A stretch of 59,380 bases of DNA from sequence record SRR31156797_1705; one strand, given 5' to 3'. A program made the translations under genes and the position numbers. The first letter of the stretch is position 1; each line of letters opens with the position of its first letter. The notes beneath the pieces are model-generated. The model saw nothing but the letters and a program-made list of their open reading frames with translations, was not told the origin of the DNA and did not search any database. Shown piece after piece: positions 30,733 through 40,681 of the stretch.

Positions 30733-31875
30733 TCAGCCCAATACATTCTCTATGCTTTTTAAAATATTGACATCATCAAATTCGTTTGCCCGTTCCAGCG
30801 ATCTGGCGCTGAAGTAATTCCGTTTATTTTTGTCACATATCATTTCCTTTAACCCATTGTATAGATGATCTTCATCGTTGAGGGTCATCAAACTATAAAT
30901 CCCATCATCCGATACCTCGCGGCAACCACTACAATTGGTAACAACAGTCGGCAGGCCAAGGACCATGGCTTCAATCAGTGCAGTAGGAAGACCCTCCGAA
31001 ACGGATGACATGACAAAGATGTCAGAATTTTTAACCAAGGGATATGGATTAGTCAAATAACCCAATAATTCGACATGTTCATTCAACTCAAGAGTACCGA
31101 TCAAATTTTTAAGAGCAGCGCGTAACGCCCCCTCCCCTAGAATCCTTAACTTAAAGGCAATATTGTTTTGTTTTAATTGATGGGCTGCCTTAATGAGTTT
31201 GCCATATCCTTTTACCGGAAGTAAATTCCCCACAGCAATCAGATTGGTAACCTTATTGTCAAAATAATGTCTCAAATTTTCCTGTGATAATTTACGAATT
31301 TGTTCAGTGTTGGTAATGTTGTATATAACTTCCATATGATCATAATGCCCAATCAATGTGGAAAATTCATTCATTGCATCGTGTGAAACGAAAACTATTT
31401 TATCCAACTTCGCATACCTGAAATTCTTGACTCTTTGCAGATACCTGCCTTTGAGTACTTTGCTATAATTATCATTTGACAAATAACTGCTGTGCACCCA
31501 TGCAATCTTTTTACGGATGCGATCTCCAAGGAAGAACAGGATATCTGTATAAGAACTGTCCTGAAATGATATGCCCACATCATAATTATTCTGGATTTTT
31601 CGACGTACAAGCCAACTGTAAACCATTTGCGAATTAAACCTGACTTGGAGCCTGGTAAAAAGCCGTGCCGGCATTTTACACCTGAATAGCCAAACTACCT
31701 TTACTGTTGATGGCAGGCTATCGAAAAAAATCCCCTGACCAACCACCACAAGCAACGTAATATCGTACACAGAAGGATCAAGCCGGGCTAATAACTGAAC
31801 CACCGCCCGCTCTGCGCCACCTCCGGCAAGTGACGGAATAATAAACAGAAGCTTCCTGCGCTTTTTATTACTCAT
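30733..31875 (-). CDS. glycosyltransferase family 4
   Basis: SLAGGGAER, AWVH, NPYP, SEGLPTALIEAMVLG. Confidence 0.88.
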   Translation of the reverse strand: MSNKKRRKLLFIIPSLAGGGAERAVVQLLARLDPSVYDITLLVVVGQGIFFDSLPSTVKVVWLFRCKMPARLFTRLQVRFNSQMVYSWLVRRKIQNNYDVGISFQDSSYTDILFFLGDRIRKKIAWVHSSYLSNDNYSKVLKGRYLQRVKNFRYAKLDKIVFVSHDAMNEFSTLIGHYDHMEVIYNITNTEQIRKLSQENLRHYFDNKVTNLIAVGNLLPVKGYGKLIKAAHQLKQNNIAFKLRILGEGALRAALKNLIGTLELNEHVELLGYLTNPYPLVKNSDIFVMSSVSEGLPTALIEAMVLGLPTVVTNCSGCREVSDDGIYSLMTLNDEDHLYNGLKEMICDKNKRNYFSARSLERANEFDDVNILKSIENVLG

Positions 31876-33035
31876 TTAGAAGGAATCTTAAGTGTATCCA
31901 GGTACAAGTTTACTATTTCATTCACTTTTGACTCCCTGTTAAAGTTAGCGGCTATAAAATGTTTTGCAGCACCTCCCATTGCGGCCCTTCGTTCCGGATC
32001 ACTGATCAACAGATATAAATAATTGGCCAATTGAGCAGCATTACCGGCATCAAACAAATATCCGGTGTCATCATGCCTGATCACTTCACGCATCCCCCCA
32101 ACGTCAGCGCCAATAGCAGGCAATCCTGCCATTCCGGCCTCCATCACGGCATTGGGCAGCGCCTCTGTACGGGAAGGCTGACAATAGATATCCAGTGCAG
32201 CCAATACTTCGGGAACATTATTGATAATCCCAAACCAGCTAAACTGTTCATTGAGCCCATAACCATTGACAATTTCTTTTAATTTAAAGGTATAGTCGCT
32301 TTCTTCGTCTAGTCCTATCAAGCAATAATGAACACGTAAACTGCCATGATTTTCACGCATTATTTTTGCGGCTTCAACGATCAAATCCAGACCTTTGATG
32401 GTTGAATCAAAACCAATACAGCCAATGTATGCCTGGTCATTGGTAAAGTTTAGCTTTTGCAGGGAAACAGATCTGACGTAATGATTTTCGGATACCCCAT
32501 TGTAGAGTACACTTAATTTTGGTCGGGTACTTTGAAAGAATGATGTGTATTGCTCCATGACCGCATTTGACACTGCCAGCATTTTTGTAGTCACAAAATT
32601 TAATACCGGCAGGTAAAATCTCTGCTTAGCTTTGATTTGCTTTTTATTATCGGCCTCAGTCAAATCCTTTCTGAGCAACATCAGTCGGACTGAGTAAAAC
32701 CGGTGTTTACATCCAAGAATAAATGCATACAACAGCGGGTAAAACGGCTGAAAGTGAACATGAATAATTGCAGGACGATACTGAAAACAAAGTTGTAAAA
32801 ACCGGAAGAAAAATGAAAACGGCCTGGCAGAATCGGCGACAACCAGTTTCACCTTATTTTTCCTGATCAGCCGAAGATACTCGTCCGATTGAGGATAGGC
32901 ATTGTAAACCAGAACCAGTTTGATGCTGTGTGCCAAGAGTTCCTCCGCAATTGATATGATCCACTTTTCCAGACCTCCGTATTTCGTGGATTTGCTCCCG
33001 ACACACTGCATTATATGTTTTACTCTGGTATTCAT
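31872..33035 (-). CDS. glycosyltransferase family 4
   Basis: YGGLE, YNGV, PSRTEALPNAVMEA. Confidence 0.85.
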   Translation of the reverse strand: MNTRVKHIMQCVGSKSTKYGGLEKWIISIAEELLAHSIKLVLVYNAYPQSDEYLRLIRKNKVKLVVADSARPFSFFFRFLQLCFQYRPAIIHVHFQPFYPLLYAFILGCKHRFYSVRLMLLRKDLTEADNKKQIKAKQRFYLPVLNFVTTKMLAVSNAVMEQYTSFFQSTRPKLSVLYNGVSENHYVRSVSLQKLNFTNDQAYIGCIGFDSTIKGLDLIVEAAKIMRENHGSLRVHYCLIGLDEESDYTFKLKEIVNGYGLNEQFSWFGIINNVPEVLAALDIYCQPSRTEALPNAVMEAGMAGLPAIGADVGGMREVIRHDDTGYLFDAGNAAQLANYLYLLISDPERRAAMGGAAKHFIAANFNRESKVNEIVNLYLDTLKIPSK

Positions 33036-33352
33036 CCAATTATCGATATCAGTTTGAAAACACCATCCGTAACAAGCTACCGATTTATACAGGGTCCAGA
33101 AACTATTTATCAGGCCAGTTTAAGCATTGCTTTCTAAATTTGCATAATCTGGTTGATTTGTAAAATGAATTAATGAACTCATAATTCTGACGATCATTTT
33201 ATGATGATAAACTATAGCAGAATTGTTATCAACTGACTAAATCAACTTGTGATTAACCTTGATATCAAACCAAGAAGTCGTTTTACAATACCTACAATCC
33301 AAATGATTTAATCGCCAGCAATTTGCATGCAAAATATGATGAAGTTTTCATG

Positions 33353-34639
33353 TCAGGAAACCAAATTTTTAACAAAATCAATAAACGGTGTTTGATCATC
33401 TATAAAATAAGCCAACACAGGATTACCAAAAAAGGTTAACACTCCTATGTAATCTAAACCCACCCGAATTTGAAAAACGACATAAAATGCTACAAACGGC
33501 CAGATAAATATTGAAAACCTTTGAGTTATTTTTTTAAGTAAAGGTAACTCAAACGTTAATATGAATATTCCAAAAAACATCATGTTTGTAATCATTGTAA
33601 AACGACCCGCGGTCGGAACACTGGCAACAATGTTTGCAAAACCGCCAAAAAACAGGGTAAAAAGAAAAATTCGTTTGTAGGGTTTAAATTGCCTTTTAAA
33701 CCGGTTTCGGAACAAGTACACTAAAACTACGATACCAAAAACCAGCCATTTCTCTATCAACCCGACAAAGAGAACATGCCAGGCAAGTTCCTTTGCCGCA
33801 ATATCACGTGAGAAAACATACTCTTCATTGGTATATCCTTTTATCCTACTTTGAAAAACATCAGGCATAAAATCCAAGGTCGACCGAATTGCGCCAAGAT
33901 TAATTTCGTTTAAGAAAAAGCTGATAACATAAAACGAGAAAAACAAACCATATCTTGACGGCAGGAATATCCAAATGAAAAGAATTGCAACAGGAAACAT
34001 AAACGAAAAATGAACCAGTATGGCAGAAGCGCTCCATATTAATCCACGCTTATCATGATAGATAAAGTATTTTATTAAGCCGAAAATAAAAATTTGAGCG
34101 GCCGTCCACATTCGCACTCCATTGATCTGCCAAATTGAGATAACAAGCGCATATGCAAGCATAAAAAGTATCATTAAATAATCAGGCTTTTTATTAATTA
34201 GCCTAAATATCATCCAAAGATTTTGTGTGTAAAAAAAGCCAAAAACAGCAGCTACCGCAAGAAATAAATAGCGTGGATCATCTGTAAAAATAGCCACAAA
34301 CCAGGTTATCATGGGCTCAAAAATATCCACTTCGCCTGCACGAGGGTTGTATAGCCTGGACAACAAGTAGTCGAAGGACAATACATGATAATGCATATCA
34401 ATCAAATTTGCAGCATAGCTTGCAGAATCCTTTCCTCCCCACACCGGATCGGCAAAAATAAATACAAAACCAAAGTACATACAAAAGAGCCAAAACAGGG
34501 TTGGGGCATCATTTTTACGAAAGTTATTTATTGCATAAATCAACCCTGAAAACGGCCAGATTAAAAATAACAAGTATTTTCCAATTGGTACACTATTGAG
34601 GCTTATTAAGCTTCGGTTATGTTGCAAACTATTTATCAT
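33353..34639 (-). CDS. EpsG-family putative polysaccharide polymerase (Wzy)
   Basis: polytopic; DSASY, INGVRMWTA, LVHFS; ATG 34639 overlaps the upstream stop (ATGA). Confidence 0.7.
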   Translation of the reverse strand: MINSLQHNRSLISLNSVPIGKYLLFLIWPFSGLIYAINNFRKNDAPTLFWLFCMYFGFVFIFADPVWGGKDSASYAANLIDMHYHVLSFDYLLSRLYNPRAGEVDIFEPMITWFVAIFTDDPRYLFLAVAAVFGFFYTQNLWMIFRLINKKPDYLMILFMLAYALVISIWQINGVRMWTAAQIFIFGLIKYFIYHDKRGLIWSASAILVHFSFMFPVAILFIWIFLPSRYGLFFSFYVISFFLNEINLGAIRSTLDFMPDVFQSRIKGYTNEEYVFSRDIAAKELAWHVLFVGLIEKWLVFGIVVLVYLFRNRFKRQFKPYKRIFLFTLFFGGFANIVASVPTAGRFTMITNMMFFGIFILTFELPLLKKITQRFSIFIWPFVAFYVVFQIRVGLDYIGVLTFFGNPVLAYFIDDQTPFIDFVKNLVS

Positions 34640-35760
34640 ATTTCGGTGTTGATGGATTCCAGAAACTTGTTGCAAACATTCTCAATCCGATATTGTTCAA
34701 CATTCTCTATCTCCATGGCGTCCCGATAATCGCCTGACAGGAAATTACTGACAGTTTTTTCATGCAGCGGGTTAGTAATGTTTAATACCGGCTTACCAAG
34801 TACAGCATAATCAATGATTTTACTGGGTAGTTGAACCCTGTTGTTGTTATCGAAATTTACCAGGAAATCCATGCCTGCCAGAAATTTTAACAATTCTCGT
34901 CTGGGTACATACTTTTTAATAATTAGCTTATCGCCCAAAATTTCCTGGTAAGGCTTTAGCAAAGAAACGGCATCAGAAAAAACGTAAACCCTGAAATCCT
35001 TTCCGGTTCCTGATAAAAATTCCAGGAATGGCCGCGGGTCGCGAATTCCCGGAATAAAACTACCCGCATAGGCGAATGTGGGCACCTTGTTATTTGCAGG
35101 TGTTGAAGCTGCGGGGGGCGAAGGATATTCATCAAAATCAAATCCCTGTGGAATGACCTTAATTTTTTTATGAAATTCAGGATAATAGGCCTCCCGTGCA
35201 CCTTCGAAGGGAATGGTCACCAGGTCAGCCTGACGCATAAACCATTTTTCGACATACCTGAAATAAAACAGCTTTCTGAAGCTATCTGTTCTTTCGCCCA
35301 TATAAGGATCACCACAATCGGCGATCCATGTCCCGGCAACCGGGTGCTTCCCGTTTCTGGCTGCAGCCACACCCCAGTGTACGGTGTGCGGCACGGCAAT
35401 GGAAATCAACAGGTCATAATCCTTTTCATGCTTTAAAATCTTTTTCAACTTAAAAAACAATTCAATATCAGGATATTCTACGGTAAGTGAAAGTATCCGC
35501 TTTATGGCGCGGGAAATCAGGCTGCCAATCCTGCCGGTACTGAAGGCCGGTACTTTCCACTTTAACGGGCCGATATCCCTGACCTTTATTTTAAAATCCG
35601 CTTCCAGTTTTCTGCTGTCCATATATTTTACCGGCGTAATCACGGTCACAAGATGCCCGATGGCTGCAAAATGCCTGGCCAGGGCAGTCGCCCTGAATGC
35701 ACGCGGGGTAATGGACGGATGAAAATGTGCGGTTACAATCAAAATTTTCTTAGCCTTCAT
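34636..35760 (-). CDS. glycosyltransferase (GT-B)
   Basis: PRAFRATALA, WIADCGDPY, LPSKIIDY; paralogue of 29183-30292. Confidence 0.75.
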   Translation of the reverse strand: MKAKKILIVTAHFHPSITPRAFRATALARHFAAIGHLVTVITPVKYMDSRKLEADFKIKVRDIGPLKWKVPAFSTGRIGSLISRAIKRILSLTVEYPDIELFFKLKKILKHEKDYDLLISIAVPHTVHWGVAAARNGKHPVAGTWIADCGDPYMGERTDSFRKLFYFRYVEKWFMRQADLVTIPFEGAREAYYPEFHKKIKVIPQGFDFDEYPSPPAASTPANNKVPTFAYAGSFIPGIRDPRPFLEFLSGTGKDFRVYVFSDAVSLLKPYQEILGDKLIIKKYVPRRELLKFLAGMDFLVNFDNNNRVQLPSKIIDYAVLGKPVLNITNPLHEKTVSNFLSGDYRDAMEIENVEQYRIENVCNKFLESINTEI

Positions 35761-36871
35761 GCAAATTCATAAGATGCGCAACGATTCGCTCTGCTGCCTG
35801 TCCGTCCCACAGTTCGGGCATACTGCCTGTTTTCCAGTTACCCTGAAACAGTTTTGTGAAGGCCGGTTCGATATTTTCCGGGTTGGTGCCGATCAGTTCG
35901 TTGGTTCCGATTTCCACGGTTTCGGGGCGCTCCGTATTGTCGCGTAAGGTCAGGCACGGAATTCCCATTACCGTGGTTTCTTCGGTAATTCCGCCTGAAT
36001 CGGTGATGACGGCTTTTGCGTGTTCGACGAGGTAGTTGAATTCGAGGTAGCCGAGAGGTTCTGTGAGAAAAAGAGACTGAGGGAGTGAGGGACTAAGAGA
36101 CTGGGAGAAGGAGAGACTGAGAGACTGAATAATTTTGCGGGTGCGGGGGTGGACGGGGAAGATGACAGGCAGACCGCGGGAAGCTTTAATGATGGCATCC
36201 AGCATCTCCCTGAATTTATTTTCCTCATCCACATTTGCAGGCCGGTGCAGGGTCATTACGATGTAATTACCTTTTACCAGTCCTGCTTCATCCCAGATTT
36301 GTGGTTTTTTGAAGCGTGGGCGGTTTTTCATCAGGGTGTCGATCATTACATTGCCCACGAAAAAGATTTGATCTGTTTTGACCCCGATTTTTCTAAGGTT
36401 TTCTCCGGCCCAATGCGATGTCGTAAAATAATAATCCGTTAGGCAATCGGTTACCATCCGGTTAATTTCTTCAGGCATTGTGATATCCAGGGAACGGATA
36501 CCGGCCTCCACATGCGCGACTTTGGTATTTAACTTTTTGGCCACGATGGAGCAAGCCATGGTGGAGGTAACATCTCCAACCACCATCACCAGATCTGCAG
36601 GGTTGCGCACCAGTTCATTCTCAAAAGCAATCATGATGGCGGCCGTTTGCTCCGCCTGTGTACCGCCGCCACAGCTCAGGTTCACATCAGGCTCCGGGAT
36701 GTTGAGTTCCCTGAAAAATGACGCACTCATTTTTTCGTCATAGTGCTGGCCGGTGTGTACCAGCCGGTATTGCAAATTTTTTCCGGCTCCTTCAGCATTT
36801 TTAATGGCATGAATGATCGGTGCGATTTTCATAAAGTTGGGTCGTGCACCAGCGATTAAAGCAATTTTCAA
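35750..36871 (-). CDS. wecB: UDP-N-acetylglucosamine 2-epimerase (non-hydrolysing)
   Basis: GARPNFMK, HTGQHYD, HVEAGIRS, MPEEINR, TDSGGITEE, RDNTERPET; TTG start at 36871. Confidence 0.93.
   Translation of the reverse strand: MKIALIAGARPNFMKIAPIIHAIKNAEGAGKNLQYRLVHTGQHYDEKMSASFFRELNIPEPDVNLSCGGGTQAEQTAAIMIAFENELVRNPADLVMVVGDVTSTMACSIVAKKLNTKVAHVEAGIRSLDITMPEEINRMVTDCLTDYYFTTSHWAGENLRKIGVKTDQIFFVGNVMIDTLMKNRPRFKKPQIWDEAGLVKGNYIVMTLHRPANVDEENKFREMLDAIIKASRGLPVIFPVHPRTRKIIQSLSLSFSQSLSPSLPQSLFLTEPLGYLEFNYLVEHAKAVITDSGGITEETTVMGIPCLTLRDNTERPETVEIGTNELIGTNPENIEPAFTKLFQGNWKTGSMPELWDGQAAERIVAHLMNLHEG
36073..36128. repeat. 7 x 8-bp degenerate tandem repeat (GAGACTGA) in frame inside wecB
   Basis: gagactga gggagtga gggactaa gagactgg gagaagga gagactga gagactga; encodes QSLSLSFSQSLSPSLPQSL. 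Confidence 0.9.
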
Positions 36872-36930
36872 TTTTAATTCTGTAAATGTCAGTACTGCAG
36901 ATTCTTTCAACAATTATGAAAACGAATCGC

Positions 36931-36938
36931 GAAATTTA
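36931..36938 (-). promoter_or_regulatory. possible internal -7 promoter element upstream of wecB
   Basis: minus-strand TAAATTTC(GC), one mismatch to TAnnTTTG, 60 nt before the start in a roughly 380-bp gap. Confidence 0.3.
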
Positions 36939-37254
36939 CTTCGCCTTTCCACTTTCTGACCTCATCCTTTACCGGTTCACATATGGTATCAAGAACAAGA
37001 ATAAGAGCATTCAGTTTAAATTACCTTTTGAAGCAATGGCAAAAGTATGGGCCGCCTGCTATTGGTATGCCTGAGGAACCAGCACAAAAGTATAAAACTA
37101 TAGACCAATTGTTCATTGTGTAAATGACGAACGAGCAGAAAACTTCATACAGGAGGATTGCAGGTACCAATTATTTAAGGCTACTGATATTATGATTACA
37201 TAGTCCATACTCCACATAGTCTAGCCATGCAGGGATATGAATTACTCCTATCTA

Positions 37255-37857
37255 CTAAATATCAATATATTTTTGTCGCTTTCCTTCAAATTCCTTTTTT
37301 GTAAGAAATCCATACCACTCCTCTTCATAATGCCAAGGGGCGAATTTATCTTCATCAAGGTACCTTATAACTTTTGCAGGGTTGCCGGCAAGAACGCAAA
37401 ATCCGTCAGGGAAGCTTTTAGTTACGACACTACCGGCGCCTACTATTGTACGGGTACCTAATTCAACACCTGCGGTTATTATAGAATTCATACCTATCCA
37501 GCTGTAATCTCCAATTTTAATAGTTCTCTTTTGAGATTTATTTTGATCATATAAATCATGATTTGCGCTTAATATTCCAATGTTAGTACCAAACTCTACA
37601 TAGTCACCAACATAAACTACCCCAGCCCCTTGTATATAGCATCCTTCACGACCAATAAATGAATTTTTACCTACATAAATTAATTCTGGGTGCGAAACAA
37701 CACAAGTTTTATGCTTGTGCCAATATGTTCCACTTCTAAACATCTTGGATAACAAAAAATCTTTATAGGAACCTGTTAATTTGCTCCTCTTATATCGCAG
37801 GAAGCTTCGATAATATGGAAATATCCTTTTTAGGACTGTCAAATAAATTTTCCCCAT
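37255..37857 (-). CDS. hexapeptide-repeat (LbH) acyltransferase
   Basis: GCYIQG, ILSANHD, IGDYSWIG, VGAGSVVTKSF, AGNPAKVI. Confidence 0.85.
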   Translation of the reverse strand: MGKIYLTVLKRIFPYYRSFLRYKRSKLTGSYKDFLLSKMFRSGTYWHKHKTCVVSHPELIYVGKNSFIGREGCYIQGAGVVYVGDYVEFGTNIGILSANHDLYDQNKSQKRTIKIGDYSWIGMNSIITAGVELGTRTIVGAGSVVTKSFPDGFCVLAGNPAKVIRYLDEDKFAPWHYEEEWYGFLTKKEFEGKRQKYIDI

Positions 37858-37858
37858 T

Positions 37859-39526
37859 CTAAGTTTTAATAATTTTTCTCAATACTAATAAAGTTAAAAT
37901 TGTGTTCACAGGAAGTAAAAAAATTCGCTTACTTTGAGGGTAAGCCGTTAAGTAAACTCTACAATTATTAGCTAAAGGAACACTATTAAGATAATCCTTA
38001 ATCGTCTGTTTTAAATTCGAAAAAATAACACTATAACCGGGTATCTGATATTCACTTTCATTAACAATCCCTAAGTCAAATATTATTTTTTTTAATCTTA
38101 ATGGTAAAAGTCTATTAATAAGAAGGTCCTTAAAAATTGTTTTCTTTTTTTTCTTATCAAAGATATCATTTGAGAAAGGGATATCTAATATGCGTTCTAC
38201 CGCCAAGAAACTTTTGAATATCTCCTTAAACATTATTCTGTTAAATCTATAGTTAAAACCTATTCCTTCCCAATACCGGAATAAATCAATATCCCATTCA
38301 GGTATCCTCCAAGCAAAATTAAAAAATTCGTATGTTTTTACACTATTTGCTATAAATTTAGTTTGTCGTTCCTGCCAATCGAAAATCTCTGCCATTTGTT
38401 GCGGCTCTGAGTTATATCTTGATAAAACTTCGGATACTATGTTGAGTATATTGTTTCTTCTTTTAGTATAGTATTGTAGCCCGGAATAATGCCGCTTGAC
38501 GGTTAAAATAGCGTCAGAAGTTGTCTTACATCGTAATGAAGTCTTTTTCAAATGACTTCCAGCTAGTACTTCTAATGCATGACCTGGAACAAAAACATCA
38601 CCTTCTTTAAGAATACCAAGTTCCTTAAGAGCATAAACTGCAGGGAAGTCCTGAATCGAAGGTAGTGAGTTTCCATTAAAACCATATTCAAGATACTTAT
38701 CAATATAAGATGTCTTTTGCAATTTTGATATCCAAATATCGTAATCAACAAAATACCACTTGTAGTTCAATTTTTCTGCTACTTTTCTACTAATATTCGC
38801 TTCAAGATTACCCTTGAAACCATATGAAAAACAAATAACATTTTTAACGCCTAGTTTAAAAAGGTAATTTACAATGGTCCTTGAATCATACCCTCCACTT
38901 AAGGGAATTACCCAGTTATTCACATTCGGTGCACTTTTTACCATCCTATCAAAAACGCGCATAAATATTTCATCCTGTTTTTTTGCCTCTTCTTTAATAT
39001 CAAGATCTTCACTATCCTCCATATTTGGATTCCAACGAAAATATTGGGTCCTGGTAGCTTCAATCTCATCAGCTTGTATTTGGATAATCTCACCAGCCTG
39101 TAATGATAAAACTTCTTTATAGACAGTGTGCGGGCCAAATACAAAATCGGAAACCATATATTGCTCACATCGCAAACCATCCAAATCAAATTTTATTTTG
39201 TTTTGCTTTTGATACTCAAAAATATCATCCGTAACAACCCATTGGTTAGCAATTTTAAAGTATAAAACCGGGTATCCTCTCATCCTGTCGGTACCAATAA
39301 ATACTGTATCTTCAATTTTATAGATTACCGTAAAATTACCATTTAACTTAGTGATAATACCTTTAAAGTCATCCTGGGAGCCTATATGAACTTTTTTAAG
39401 ATTATCAATTAATCCGGTCGCATCTAAAACCTCATTCTCATATTCTGCCCAACCGCTAACATAGTATTCTGTATTGGTTTCTTCTCTCTTAACCCAATGA
39501 TTTCTATATGTTCTAATTGCAATCAT
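37859..39526 (-). CDS. asparagine-synthase-like (AsnB C-terminal PP-loop) protein
   Basis: LNGNF, DRMRGYP, PLSGGYDSR, FSYG, WQERQ.KFI.NS; no N-terminal Cys. Confidence 0.8.
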   Translation of the reverse strand: MIAIRTYRNHWVKREETNTEYYVSGWAEYENEVLDATGLIDNLKKVHIGSQDDFKGIITKLNGNFTVIYKIEDTVFIGTDRMRGYPVLYFKIANQWVVTDDIFEYQKQNKIKFDLDGLRCEQYMVSDFVFGPHTVYKEVLSLQAGEIIQIQADEIEATRTQYFRWNPNMEDSEDLDIKEEAKKQDEIFMRVFDRMVKSAPNVNNWVIPLSGGYDSRTIVNYLFKLGVKNVICFSYGFKGNLEANISRKVAEKLNYKWYFVDYDIWISKLQKTSYIDKYLEYGFNGNSLPSIQDFPAVYALKELGILKEGDVFVPGHALEVLAGSHLKKTSLRCKTTSDAILTVKRHYSGLQYYTKRRNNILNIVSEVLSRYNSEPQQMAEIFDWQERQTKFIANSVKTYEFFNFAWRIPEWDIDLFRYWEGIGFNYRFNRIMFKEIFKSFLAVERILDIPFSNDIFDKKKKKTIFKDLLINRLLPLRLKKIIFDLGIVNESEYQIPGYSVIFSNLKQTIKDYLNSVPLANNCRVYLTAYPQSKRIFLLPVNTILTLLVLRKIIKT

Positions 39527-39541
39527 CTTTTCTGTCGATTA

Positions 39542-40681
39542 TTAAAGATTTGATCCGGTTAGTAGTTTTAGGGCCCTTGCCATTAGGAGTCTTGCACTTT
39601 CTGTTCTCAAATAGCCAAGTGTCAATTTTAGTTTAGGTTTCATCTTAAAAAACACGTAAATAAATTTTGCAATGCTCCTGAGGTTAACAGTTACTTTAAT
39701 TGCATTGAGTCCTCTCAAAAGAACGGCTTCATGAGAATTCCACAAAGTCAGCACCTTTTCATTGACTTTCTCTAAATAGAGTTCACTATTAAGGTAGGTA
39801 TTGATTCTTTTAAGCCTCTCCTTAGTACCATTCGAACTATCTATATTGATATTTTTATTTACTTTTTGTGTTGAAATAGTCCTAAAACCTAACACCCCAT
39901 TATTTATTTCAATAATTGCAATCAACCCACTATCCCAATTTTCAGGTTTCTTATCCTCATCTCTATGAAAATCAAAATAAAAGTTGCCTAGGCTATAGAA
40001 TATTGGTTTTCCATCAAACAATTCCCACCCTTGAGATACATGTGGATGAGCAGCGATAATTGCATCTGCACCATATTGAATCAAGTCTCTATAACGGTCG
40101 CGCCATTCGGGCAAGGGCACATCCATATATTCCACCCCGGCGTGAGGCAGTACAAATAAAAAGTCACAATTATTTTTTGCCTCAGCAATCCGTTGATTTA
40201 CCTCATAATGATTGATCCAGGGACAACCGGTAATCCCCAAATCAGTCCATTTATCTTTTAAAGCAGCAAAATCGGCTTGTGACGCAGAAAAAAACCCAAA
40301 TTTCATCTCCTTAACTTCAAGATACTTTACCTGGTAGGCTTCTTCCCATTTACCTGCACCCACTGTGATTGATTTTTCAAAAGACTTTATGGTTTTTTCC
40401 AGGCCTTTTTCTCCAAAATCCAGAGCATGGTTGTTAGCCAGTGATACGACATTAAAATCGTTGTCTTCACACCATTTTGGTGAAAGGTCTGATTGCGGCA
40501 GCAAGGCACTTCCCTGTATTATTTGGGGTTCACCAACCTTTAATGGGCCTTCAAAGTTCAGACATTTAATGTCACAATCATCAAAAATTGATTTCAGCTC
40601 AGGTGCAATTTCAATTCCTTCCGGATTTCGGGCACAAAAATCGCCGGCAAATAATAGTTTGACACATTCTTTGTTATCCAT
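39542..40681 (-). CDS. CapA/PGA_cap family metallophosphoesterase-like protein
   Basis: FAGD, NFEGP, LANNHALD, HAGVE, HPHV, YSLGNFYFD. Confidence 0.85.
   Translation of the reverse strand: MDNKECVKLLFAGDFCARNPEGIEIAPELKSIFDDCDIKCLNFEGPLKVGEPQIIQGSALLPQSDLSPKWCEDNDFNVVSLANNHALDFGEKGLEKTIKSFEKSITVGAGKWEEAYQVKYLEVKEMKFGFFSASQADFAALKDKWTDLGITGCPWINHYEVNQRIAEAKNNCDFLFVLPHAGVEYMDVPLPEWRDRYRDLIQYGADAIIAAHPHVSQGWELFDGKPIFYSLGNFYFDFHRDEDKKPENWDSGLIAIIEINNGVLGFRTISTQKVNKNINIDSSNGTKERLKRINTYLNSELYLEKVNEKVLTLWNSHEAVLLRGLNAIKVTVNLRSIAKFIYVFFKMKPKLKLTLGYLRTESARLLMARALKLLTGSNL

Noticed and set aside
39542-40681. Poly-gamma-glutamate capsule operon
   Set aside because: A CapA-like gene is present but capB/capC are not, and the context is polysaccharide synthesis.
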